From Armatimonadota bacterium (lineage in GTDB: Bacteria; Armatimonadota; UBA10988): a stretch of DNA of 28,018 nucleotides. Position 1 is the first letter of the stretch, and the number at the start of each line of letters is the position of its first letter. Made by a program: the position numbers and the translations under genes. The notes under the pieces were generated by a model. That model was not told the DNA's origin and did not search any database. It worked only from the letters and a program-made list of their open reading frames with translations. Of this stretch, positions 17,502-25,946 are shown piece by piece. The stretch is from contig JACRKZ010000122.1 of assembly GCA_016235455.1 (NCBI GenBank), positions 1-28,018 on the forward strand. The letters run 5' to 3'.

Positions 17502-18263
17502 CCCGATGGCCAGAAGCGCCCGCACACCGCGCACGTAGCCGGCGATCTCCTCGTCGTCGAGCACGCGCGCCAGCACCATCAGTTCGTCGATGCGTGTCGT
17601 CGGACCGCCGCCGGAGCCCAGCTCGAGTTGGTGGATCTGGTCGTCGGGGCTGATCGGCCGGCCTTCGAGCTGGTTGTGCGTGGAGGGCTGGCCGTCGGTG
17701 TACAGCCGGACCATGCGCCCGCCGGCCACGGTCAGCGCCGTGTGGTGCCAGACCGGCTGATCAAGCGTCAGCGACTTGCGCGGGCTACCGTCGTAGATGT
17801 TGTTGATGTTGGGGATGCCCGGCAGATTCCAGATTTGCAGCACCGCCGCGGTGTCGCTCAAGCCGCACCACGGGCCGCCTCGGCCGAACACCGAGATGTA
17901 CCCGCGACCGTTGAGCTGGCACAGGCTGTAGCCGCCATTGGCCGGCATGGGCTCGGGCAACTGCCACCAGAACATGACCGTCAGCGGCCCGTGGGGCGAC
18001 AACCCGTCGGCGGCCAGTCGGAAGCCGGCCTTGACCGGCCCGCCGACCTGGCCGGACTTGCCCACCAGCCCCGTGCTGGCCAGCGCGGGCGCGCTCTGCT
18101 CGGCCGCGGCCAGGGCATCCACCTCGGGCTTGTCGCCGGGCGCGTCGAAGGTGCGGTAGTAGACCAGCCGATCCTCCAGCGCCGGTGGCAGGTAGGGATA
18201 GAGCAGCGGGTTGGCGTAGCGCGGCTGGCCCACGCTCAGACACAACAGCCACCAGATGCCCAT
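17493..18263 (-). CDS. Secreted LamG-like (concanavalin A-like) jelly-roll protein
   Basis: ATG 18263 in a TGATG overlap with the upstream gene; LVYY.TFD, LTVMFW, WHHTALT, LYTDG, IDELMV..RVL..EEI. Confidence 0.8.
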   Translation of the reverse strand: MGIWWLLCLSVGQPRYANPLLYPYLPPALEDRLVYYRTFDAPGDKPEVDALAAAEQSAPALASTGLVGKSGQVGGPVKAGFRLAADGLSPHGPLTVMFWWQLPEPMPANGGYSLCQLNGRGYISVFGRGGPWCGLSDTAAVLQIWNLPGIPNINNIYDGSPRKSLTLDQPVWHHTALTVAGGRMVRLYTDGQPSTHNQLEGRPISPDDQIHQLELGSGGGPTTRIDELMVLARVLDDEEIAGYVRGVRALLAIGLR

Positions 18264-21200
18264 CACTTGGCCTCCAGGCGTACAAGTCGGACGTCGTGCT
18301 TCTTGAGCGGGAAGACCAGGCGGCCGCCTTGCGGCTCGATGGCCGCTCCGGTCTCGGCGTCGGTCGCCTTCCACCCGCCGGCCAGGCCGAGCGCCGCGGC
18401 ATCGACGTTGAGCTCACAGGTCGTGTCACCATCGACATAGCCGACGACCGCGGCCAGCGCCTGCTTGCCCTTCACGCCGTAGACGATGGTCGGCAGGTCG
18501 GGGTTGGCCGACTTCACCGGCTGTGGCCGCTCGTCCCAGTAGCGCCAGATATCGCAGCCCGGCTGCTCCAGCAGCGCCCACACCGGCCGGTAGAGCTTGT
18601 CGGCCACGCTGGCCATGACCGGGCCATCGAGCTCGTGCAGCAGGCTGACCGCGGCGAAGGTGCGCTGAGTCCAGGGATCCTCACTCTGGTTGCCGTGGTC
18701 GCCCAGCAGCACCGGCCAGGTGCCGGCCAACTCGCCGTTGCTCACGAGCAGGATGTACTCACGCGGGAAGCGGTACTGCACGTCGCCCTCGGAGTACTTC
18801 CACTCCCAGTCGTACTGCACCGTGGCGAAGCCGTGCAGCGGCAGGATGTTGGTCGAGGTCATGTGCGGCATGGTGATCGGCAGCATGCCCTTCTCGTTCA
18901 TCATCTGGAATGTGCGGCGGCTCAGCTCGCGCAGGCCCCACAGGCCCGCGGACGGCGTGATGCGGCCATCGGCGCCACGGTAGGCGCTGGTCATCTGCGT
19001 GTTGTAGCTGCCCGCGAAGAACCAGTTGTCCCAGTACACGCCGCGGTTGCCGCCGACCTCGAACGACTTGGCATACCAGTGGACGGCGTGGTCGATGTAC
19101 GACTCGCTGGGCACCACCTTGATCTCGCCAATGCCCTTGCCCGGCCCGACCGTGCGCCAGTCGCTCAGGCCCCATTCATCTTGAAAAGTCTGGAACTCGT
19201 CGGCCGCCTGGTAACTGGCGCGGTTGTAGTAGAAGACCATCTTGGTGCCGTACCGGCTGCGCAGGTTGTAGTAGACATGCGCGCGCCAGGCCTTGACCCG
19301 CTCCTCGCCATACGGCTGGTTGTAGGGCAGGCTCTTCTGGTAGACCGCCTCGATCTCGGCGTCGGTCAGCTTCTCGGTGTTGCCGCGCCGAATGGCCTCC
19401 CACAGGGCCATGTCCTTGCCGGCCGGATAGACCGAGCCGCAGTCGCCCAGCGCCAGCCAGTTAATGTCGGTGCCCAACAGGCTGTACCGGTCGCGCAGCC
19501 AGCGGTAGCGCCAATCGCCCGGCTGCCCCCCGGCGGACAGCCGGGGTTTGACCGGCGCGGCCTGCAGCCCGAAGGTCAGCGTACGCGGCTGGTCGAGGGT
19601 GACCGGCAGGTTGACCAGGTGGACCACCAGCGTCAACACGCCACCGCGCCGCACCAACTCCAGATTGGGCGTCTTGCGGTCCCACGACCAGCCCTTGTCG
19701 TTCTCGGCGAACCAGGCCAGCCCGCGCTTGGGCCCGCCCAGGTAGAGATACGTGCAGAAGCCGACCGGCAGGTCCTCGGCGCGCGTCTTGCGCGAGTCCC
19801 ATACGCTGCCCTCGCCCGCGGGCACCTTCTGGTAAAGCGTGTTGCGGATGGCGTCGCCCATGGCGTGCATCAACGGCGCGGCTTTGTCGTCCAGCGGGAT
19901 GACCAGGTCCAGCGCGTCGATCGACTTGCCCGCGGTGGCCGGCAGCGTCAGGTCGTAGCGCATCATGCCGTCCACATCCCAGGTGGTGCGGTAGCGGAAG
20001 GCAGGCACGCCGCCTTGTGTCGGACGGAACGCGCCGTCGATGACCATGCGGTCCTCGGCGCGGCCCCCCGGCGCAAAGGTGCTCTGGCCGGTCATGGCGC
20101 CGAGCTTCTTGCCGTCGTAGGTCAGGTCGAAGCGCATGGCCTCGGCCAGCAGAGGTGCACCCGTGGCGGTGACCTGGTCGAGCAGCCCGCTGCCGCCGAG
20201 CCGGTGGTCGCGCAACACGGTATGGAGCGTGCGCGTGCGCTCGGCATAGGTCAGCGGCTCAAACGGCGGGTAGACTTTGCGACTGCGGCCCAGCGGCGTG
20301 TGCTCCCACTCGTAGACCGTGCGCTCCAGCGGCTTGACCACCTCGCCGGCCGGCACCTTGGCGCCGCGTAGCGACAGCGCCAGCTCGTATCTGCCCGACA
20401 GTGGCGGCAGGTCGACCGACTGGGCCTGCTTGCCGCCGACCAGCTTGTCGAAGGCGATCTGCTTGACCATAGCGCCACCTGTGGCGCGCACGGTCAGCAC
20501 AGCCTGCTCGGGCTTGGCGTCGGTGGGCAGGTTGGTCAGGTCGACCTCGGCGCGCAGGTGGTTGGCGTAGGGGTAGTAGGCGAACTGGAAGTCCACCGGC
20601 GGCGCGCTCTTGGTGACCGTGGTCCAGCGCCAGGCCGGCCCGCGGCGCCAGCCGTACTCGCGCTCGAAGTAGACCCGCGCGCCATCGGCCGAGGTCACCT
20701 TGGCCTTGAGCTCGAAGCGGTTGGTGCTGCCGTCGGTAGTCTTCACGGCCAAGCGCTCGCGCGCGCCAGGCGCCAAAGTCAAGCGCCGCTGCTCGTGTAG
20801 CTCGGGCATCACGTCGCGCGTGATCAGCAGGTCGGCCATCACATCGATCGGCATCGCGCCGGGGTTGCTGAGTGTCAGCGTCTGGTCGATCTCGCCGAGT
20901 TGCGCATCACCCGACTGCTCCTGGCCAACCAGCGGCGCGGCCGGATCGAAGACGAAGCGCGTGCTGGGCGCGTAAGCGCCGCCGGCCAGGCACGACCAGG
21001 CCCAGTCGGGCTTCCAGTCGCGACACAGGTTGATGCCCCAGGCGCCGTCGGTTGCCTTGCGGCCGGGCTCGATGCTGGCGATGGGGATGGCCACCTCGGC
21101 TGACCACCAGCCGTCGGCGGAACGCTGGGCGAACGGCCAGTCGGCCTGCCAATCGGCCCGTGCGGCCACATTGCCGCGTGGCAGGAAGTTGAACCCGCGC

Positions 21201-21589
21201 CGGCCAAGGGGGTTGGCCAGCATCTGGTAGGCTCTGCCGTGGTCGCTGCCGGGGGAGGGATCGACCCAGACCTCCAGCGCGTCGTCGTAGACCACTTTGA
21301 GGCTGTCGCGGTCGACGGTGGCCAACAGCACTCCCTCGGCCGGCAGCTGGCTGCGCAGGGCGAGGAACAGTGTGTCGCTTGTCGCGCCCACCCAGGCGGC
21401 GGCCCGGCGCCGCTCCAGCGTGCCGTTCCAGACGAGTCCATCGAAGCGCATGGCGCCGGCCCACTCGGCGCCGTCCACCTGCCCATCGACGCGTGGCGCG
21501 GCGGACATGAGCGGCAGCCGGAAGTCAGCACCGTGAACGGCACAGGCCAGGAAGAGAAGGCCCAGCAGGCGGGCGGATTGAGCGGTCAC
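18263..21589 (-). CDS. Large secreted putative carbohydrate-active protein: CBM9-like N-terminus + DUF6067/GH123-like domain
   Basis: 1108 aa; signal peptide; PRVDGQVDGAEW, DDALEVWVDP, WSAEVAIP, WGINLCR (CBM9-like); FGLQAAPVKP, GVYWDN, HMTS (DUF6067-like). Confidence 0.7.
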   Translation of the reverse strand: MTAQSARLLGLLFLACAVHGADFRLPLMSAAPRVDGQVDGAEWAGAMRFDGLVWNGTLERRRAAAWVGATSDTLFLALRSQLPAEGVLLATVDRDSLKVVYDDALEVWVDPSPGSDHGRAYQMLANPLGRRGFNFLPRGNVAARADWQADWPFAQRSADGWWSAEVAIPIASIEPGRKATDGAWGINLCRDWKPDWAWSCLAGGAYAPSTRFVFDPAAPLVGQEQSGDAQLGEIDQTLTLSNPGAMPIDVMADLLITRDVMPELHEQRRLTLAPGARERLAVKTTDGSTNRFELKAKVTSADGARVYFEREYGWRRGPAWRWTTVTKSAPPVDFQFAYYPYANHLRAEVDLTNLPTDAKPEQAVLTVRATGGAMVKQIAFDKLVGGKQAQSVDLPPLSGRYELALSLRGAKVPAGEVVKPLERTVYEWEHTPLGRSRKVYPPFEPLTYAERTRTLHTVLRDHRLGGSGLLDQVTATGAPLLAEAMRFDLTYDGKKLGAMTGQSTFAPGGRAEDRMVIDGAFRPTQGGVPAFRYRTTWDVDGMMRYDLTLPATAGKSIDALDLVIPLDDKAAPLMHAMGDAIRNTLYQKVPAGEGSVWDSRKTRAEDLPVGFCTYLYLGGPKRGLAWFAENDKGWSWDRKTPNLELVRRGGVLTLVVHLVNLPVTLDQPRTLTFGLQAAPVKPRLSAGGQPGDWRYRWLRDRYSLLGTDINWLALGDCGSVYPAGKDMALWEAIRRGNTEKLTDAEIEAVYQKSLPYNQPYGEERVKAWRAHVYYNLRSRYGTKMVFYYNRASYQAADEFQTFQDEWGLSDWRTVGPGKGIGEIKVVPSESYIDHAVHWYAKSFEVGGNRGVYWDNWFFAGSYNTQMTSAYRGADGRITPSAGLWGLRELSRRTFQMMNEKGMLPITMPHMTSTNILPLHGFATVQYDWEWKYSEGDVQYRFPREYILLVSNGELAGTWPVLLGDHGNQSEDPWTQRTFAAVSLLHELDGPVMASVADKLYRPVWALLEQPGCDIWRYWDERPQPVKSANPDLPTIVYGVKGKQALAAVVGYVDGDTTCELNVDAAALGLAGGWKATDAETGAAIEPQGGRLVFPLKKHDVRLVRLEAK

Positions 21590-21592
21590 GGC

Positions 21593-21620
21593 GTATCCCC
21601 GTCAGATGAGACGGGAATAC
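21593..21620 (-). promoter_or_regulatory. Hairpin covering the RBS of the 1108-aa gene
   Basis: Minus-strand GTATTCCCGTC-TCATCT-GACGGGGATAC, an 11-bp stem with one G-U pair, ending 3 nt before GTG 21589. Confidence 0.5.
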
Positions 21621-21644
21621 CACGCGGCGGTGTTGGCCGTCAAC

Positions 21645-22034
21645 TCAGGCCGCTGGGTCGCTGGCCGAGTCGAGCACCAGGTCCACCGCGGCGAGCACCT
21701 CTTCGCGGGTGAACGGCTTGCTCAGCGTGAAGGCCGCGCCGAGCTTGTCGGCGGTGGCCAGATGCTCCAGCGCGCCGCGCGCGCCGCCGCCGGACATGGC
21801 GATGACCGGCACGTCGCGATGGCGCCGACGCAGACCCATGATCGTCTCCAGCCCCTCCATACGCGGCATGAAGATGTCGGTCATGACCAGGTCGGGCGGC
21901 TCCGCCTCGGCCATGGACAGGCCGGCATCACCGTCTTCGGCCTCCACCACCACGTGGCCCGCATGCTCCAGCGTTCGCCGGAGCATCGTCCGAAGATGCG
22001 GGTCGTCATCGATCACGAGAATATGTGCCATCAT
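21645..22034 (-). CDS. Single-domain response regulator (CheY-like receiver)
   Basis: ILVIDDD, VMTDIFMP..EG, IAMSGG, LSKPF; start 22034 or 22031. Confidence 0.92.
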   Translation of the reverse strand: MMAHILVIDDDPHLRTMLRRTLEHAGHVVVEAEDGDAGLSMAEAEPPDLVMTDIFMPRMEGLETIMGLRRRHRDVPVIAMSGGGARGALEHLATADKLGAAFTLSKPFTREEVLAAVDLVLDSASDPAA

Positions 22035-22124
22035 CAGCGCTCAATCCACGGTGGCCGAGGGCAGAGCCCCCGACCTCACGACTCAGTATCTGCCGATCGG
22101 CGCCCCGGCAGTAGGTCGGCGCCC

Positions 22125-22137
22125 GTCACAATGTGAC
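22125..22137. promoter_or_regulatory. Palindrome upstream of the response regulator, possible TF site
   Basis: GTCACA-A-TGTGAC perfect inverted repeat in the intergenic region. Confidence 0.35.
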
Positions 22138-22158
22138 ATGGAGCGCCCTAACCGCGGC

Positions 22159-24411
22159 TTAGCCGGGGTCAGGCGCCTCACCGGGGGCGGGTTTGGGCTC
22201 AGGTTTGGGCTTGGGCTCTGGTTTGGGCTCAGGCTTGGGCTCGGGTTTCGGTTCGGGCTTGGGCTCGGGTTTGGGCTCGGGCTTGGGGCCAGGGGCGACC
22301 ACGCCAGGCCCGTCGGGCGTGCCGGTGGTGCCCGGTGTCGGCCGTCCGCCGACGGGATCCGTGACCGGCGTGCCGGGCACGGGCTTCGTGTTGGCGCCCG
22401 GGACGTTGGGGTCGACCGTCGTGGCGATCGGACCGGTCGGCCCAGCCTTGGTCTCCGTCTTGGCCTCGCCCTTCTCTTCCTTCTTCTGTTCCTCGGCGTT
22501 GGCGTTGCCGGTCTGGGCCACGCTCGGCGGCCCCTCCTCGCCCGGCCGCGGGAATTCGTCCGGCCAGGCGTGACCGCGGTCACGCGCGAGTTCGCGGGCG
22601 CGCAGCGCCATGCTGCGCCAGATGGGCGCGCAGAAGTCGCCACCGGTGGCGCCGTACATGCGGATGTTGGAGTCGTTGCCGATCCATACCGCACAGGCCA
22701 GCCCCGGCGTGATGCCGACGAACCAGACGTCCTTGGCCGAGTTGGTGGTACCCGTCTTGCCGCCGCACGGTGAGTTGATCGCCGCGCGCCGACCGGTGCC
22801 GTTGGACACGACGCCCTGCAGCATCGAGTTCATGTTGGTGTAGGTGCGCGGCGACATGACCCGCCGCGGCTTGACCTGGTGCGTGAAGATGGGGTTGCCG
22901 CGGCTGTCGGTGATGCACTCCACGCCGTAGCCATCGACCCGGAAGCCGCCGTTGGCGAAGGCGCAGTAGGCGTTGCCCAGCTCCAGCGGCGTGACCTCGC
23001 CCGAACCCAGCGCCAGCGACGGATAGGGCTGCAGCTTCTTGCCCTTCTCGTCGATACCCATGCGGTGCGCCTGCTCGATGACCGACTGCGGCCCGGTCTT
23101 GATGATCACGCGCACGGCCACCAGGTTGACGCTCTGGGCCAGGGCGGTGGCCACACTCATCTCGCCGCCCTGGTTGGCGCTGAAGTTCTGCGGGCTGTAG
23201 ACACCCCAGTAGCCCCGGAAGGTCGACGGCGAGCCGCTATAGGTGTCGTACGGGCTCAGTCCGATCTTCTCCATGGCCGTCGTGTAGACAATCGGCTTGA
23301 AGCTCGAGCCTGGCTGCCGGTACGCCTGCGTGGCGCCGTTGAACTCGTCTTTCTCGAATTCCTTGCCGCCGACCATGGCCAGGATGGCGCCGGTCCGCGG
23401 GTCGAGCGCCACCACGGCACCGCGGTTGGCCCGCGCATGGGCCAGGTTGGCCATCGACTCGCTGAGCAGTTCCTGCGCCTGCGCCTGCAGTTCCAGGTCG
23501 AGCGTGGTGTAGATCTGCAGGCCGCCGCCATAGACCTTGTCATGGCCGAACTGCTTCTCGAGTTGGTCGATTACGTAGGTGGTGAACCACGGCGCGCGGT
23601 AGTTGTGCAGCTTCCAGGGCTCGGCGCCCTTCTTGCGCGCGTGGATGGGCTCGGCCTTGGCCTCATCGAGTTGCTGCTGACTGATCTTGCGCTGCTCCCA
23701 CATCTTCTGCAGGACCATGTTGCGCCGGCCCTTGGCCGCCTCGGGGTGCAGGATCGGGCTGTAGCCCACCGGGTTCTTGGCCAGCCCGGCGATCAGCGCG
23801 CACTCGCCCAGCGTCAACTGGTCGAGTTTCTTGCCGAAGAACGTGTCCGCCGCGGCGACCACGCCGTAGGCCCGATGACCGTAGCAGATCTCGTTGAGGT
23901 AGAGCCCGAGGATCTCTTCCTTGCTGAACCGCCGCTCGATGCGCACGGCCAGCGTCATCTCCTTGAACTTGCGCAGCATGGTCTGCTCGCGCGACAGGAA
24001 GACCTGCCGGGCCAGCTGTTGCGTGATGGTGCTCGCGCCCTGCTTGGAGCTGCGCGCGGCGTTCTCGCGGAGGGCCCGCCCAATGCCGCGGGGGTCCACG
24101 CCGGGATGCTCGTAGAAGCGCTGGTCCTCGATGGCGATGGTCGCATTGACCAGGTTGCGCGGCATCGAAGCCACCGGCACCACCTGCCGGTTCTCGACGA
24201 ACAAGGAGGCCAGCAAGGTGCCGTCCTTGGCGAAGATGCGCGTCGTCTCCTGCGGCCGGTAGTTGCCCAGGGTCGCCTCATCCGGCACCATCGGCGCCAC
24301 GGTGGCATACACCCCCAGCGCCAGACCGAGCACCAGACCGTCGACCATGAGCGTGCCCAACAGCACCGCTCGCCAGACCGTCATCCGCCGCCAACCGCCG
24401 CGATTCGTCAT
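22159..24411 (-). CDS. Class A penicillin-binding protein (PBP1A family transglycosylase/transpeptidase) with Pro-rich tail
   Basis: Likely ATG 24411 (GAGGA SD); TM segment; GT51 EDQRFYEHPG, GASTITQQL, RKFKE; transpeptidase SxxK (GSSFK), SVN, GKTGTT. Confidence 0.95.
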   Translation of the reverse strand: MTNRGGWRRMTVWRAVLLGTLMVDGLVLGLALGVYATVAPMVPDEATLGNYRPQETTRIFAKDGTLLASLFVENRQVVPVASMPRNLVNATIAIEDQRFYEHPGVDPRGIGRALRENAARSSKQGASTITQQLARQVFLSREQTMLRKFKEMTLAVRIERRFSKEEILGLYLNEICYGHRAYGVVAAADTFFGKKLDQLTLGECALIAGLAKNPVGYSPILHPEAAKGRRNMVLQKMWEQRKISQQQLDEAKAEPIHARKKGAEPWKLHNYRAPWFTTYVIDQLEKQFGHDKVYGGGLQIYTTLDLELQAQAQELLSESMANLAHARANRGAVVALDPRTGAILAMVGGKEFEKDEFNGATQAYRQPGSSFKPIVYTTAMEKIGLSPYDTYSGSPSTFRGYWGVYSPQNFSANQGGEMSVATALAQSVNLVAVRVIIKTGPQSVIEQAHRMGIDEKGKKLQPYPSLALGSGEVTPLELGNAYCAFANGGFRVDGYGVECITDSRGNPIFTHQVKPRRVMSPRTYTNMNSMLQGVVSNGTGRRAAINSPCGGKTGTTNSAKDVWFVGITPGLACAVWIGNDSNIRMYGATGGDFCAPIWRSMALRARELARDRGHAWPDEFPRPGEEGPPSVAQTGNANAEEQKKEEKGEAKTETKAGPTGPIATTVDPNVPGANTKPVPGTPVTDPVGGRPTPGTTGTPDGPGVVAPGPKPEPKPEPKPEPKPEPKPEPKPEPKPKPEPKPAPGEAPDPG
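22189..22287 (-). repeat. Coding tandem repeat (PEPK)n, about 8 units of 12 nt
   Basis: PKPEPKPEPK... at the PBP C-terminus; units differ at synonymous sites. Confidence 0.9.
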
Positions 24412-24457
24412 CGCCGCTCGTCCTCGACCCTCAACGCCGTACGCCAGGGCATCGTTC

Positions 24458-24486
24458 AGCATACCCGCGCCCTCGGCGTGAGTCAA
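24458..24486 (-). promoter_or_regulatory. Sigma70-type promoter of the PBP gene
   Basis: Minus strand TTGACT (24486-24481), 17 nt, TATGCT (24463-24458). Confidence 0.7.
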
Positions 24487-24505
24487 GTCGCGTGCAAACG
24501 CATGT

Positions 24506-25834
24506 TCACTCGACGGTGCGCAGTTGCGTGGTGTTCTGGCCGTCGCACACCGACAGCGCGAAGCGCACCGCCGCGGCGTCCGGCCCGCGATGCGGGTCGG
24601 CCGAGAGGTGGTAGCGCAGCAGGCGCGCGCCGGGCGGAGCCATGACCTTCCAGAACAGGCGACAGGTATAGCCCGGCTCGGGCGGCGCCAGCACGCCGAC
24701 GCCCTGTCGGCCCGGATGCGGCTGGCCGACCTCGTTGCGCGGGTTGTCTATCCAGCGCGGCGTGTTGCGGCCGGGTCGGCGCACCAGGACCCGCGCCCAG
24801 TCGGCGGGCGTGTCGAACCCCAGAATGGCGTCGCGATCGCCAATGAGCCGCCGGTACAACTCCTCGGGCTTGGGCGGGATAGGCACCGCGATGCCGCGGA
24901 ACCCGCGCAGCCGTTCGACCAGGGCCAGCGGTGCCCCGCCCGCAGGCTGCGCCGTCTTGCCATACCAGTAGACGGTCGACGTCACGTCAACCTCGGCTGG
25001 CTCGGCCCGCTGGGCAGCGCCGTAGTCCAGGCTGAGGCGACAGGACTGCTCGAAGTGCAGGGGCTCGGGGAACAGCCGATAGCCGGTGACGCGGCGCAGA
25101 TCGCCCACGAAGTCGCCGCGCAGCAACCCCGACTCGGCGGTGCCGCGCGGCTGGCCCGTGCGAAACAGCTCGCGCCAGGTGGCGGCGACCAGCCCTTCAG
25201 GCTGCCCGTCGAGCGCCACGCGCAGTTGGCCGGGCAGCGCGTCGGCATCGTCGGTCATCTGCGAGTCGAGCCGCACGGCGGCGATCTGGCCGGGCACGCC
25301 GCGCACCTCGAGCAACGGCGCGGCGCCGGTGGCGGGCACGGTCTGCCGGCGCCAGGCCACATGCAGCCGGCCGCGCTCGGGCGGCGCCGTCAGCGCATCC
25401 CACTGGCTGCCGAAACGCGTCACGATCTCGGCGTCGCCATCGTTGACGAGCTCAATCCGCGCGCCGTCGGCGAACGGCATCGGCAACCGCAGCGACCAGA
25501 CCTCGTCGCTGACCTCGCCCAGCAGGCAACTGTAGGGCGCCACGCCCGGCGCGGCGCCCATGAGGTCCGCCACCGGCGCATCGACGCTCGGCTCGGCCGC
25601 GCCGTCCCAGGTCATCAGCAGACGCAGCGCCGGCCCGGCGGGCCGCGGGGTAGTCAGCGCGATCTCGCGGATCAGGCCGGCGCCGTTGGCACTCAAGACC
25701 GTCCGTCGCTCGCCCGCGGCGAGATGCAGCAGGTTGTCGCCGGGCGCGGCCGGCGGGACAATGCTGACTCCCGGCTGGAGCACGGACGGATCGAAGACGG
25801 CGAGCAAGGCCAGGCCAACCAGATGCCAGGGCAT
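24506..25834 (-). CDS. Secreted DUF2961/GH172-like protein (divergent)
   Basis: GGGAG SD; signal-like N-terminus; AGERRTVL...GAGLIREIALT, LLMTWDG..EPSVDAPVADL.G, LPMPFADGARIELVN, YRLF.EPLHFEQS, STVYWY. Confidence 0.75.
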   Translation of the reverse strand: MPWHLVGLALLAVFDPSVLQPGVSIVPPAAPGDNLLHLAAGERRTVLSANGAGLIREIALTTPRPAGPALRLLMTWDGAAEPSVDAPVADLMGAAPGVAPYSCLLGEVSDEVWSLRLPMPFADGARIELVNDGDAEIVTRFGSQWDALTAPPERGRLHVAWRRQTVPATGAAPLLEVRGVPGQIAAVRLDSQMTDDADALPGQLRVALDGQPEGLVAATWRELFRTGQPRGTAESGLLRGDFVGDLRRVTGYRLFPEPLHFEQSCRLSLDYGAAQRAEPAEVDVTSTVYWYGKTAQPAGGAPLALVERLRGFRGIAVPIPPKPEELYRRLIGDRDAILGFDTPADWARVLVRRPGRNTPRWIDNPRNEVGQPHPGRQGVGVLAPPEPGYTCRLFWKVMAPPGARLLRYHLSADPHRGPDAAAVRFALSVCDGQNTTQLRTVE

Positions 25835-25946
25835 GGGCGACTCCCAAGGCTAACGGTACCATTTTGCCCCGAACCCTCGACGACCACACTCGGATGGGTA
25901 ACATTACGGCCGTCGGCCTCGCGTAGCGACGCCGCTGGAGTTAGGC

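Noticed and set aside
22189-22287. Tandem repeat as CRISPR or contingency locus
   Set aside because: In-frame 12-nt coding units with synonymous variation, no spacers and no cas genes
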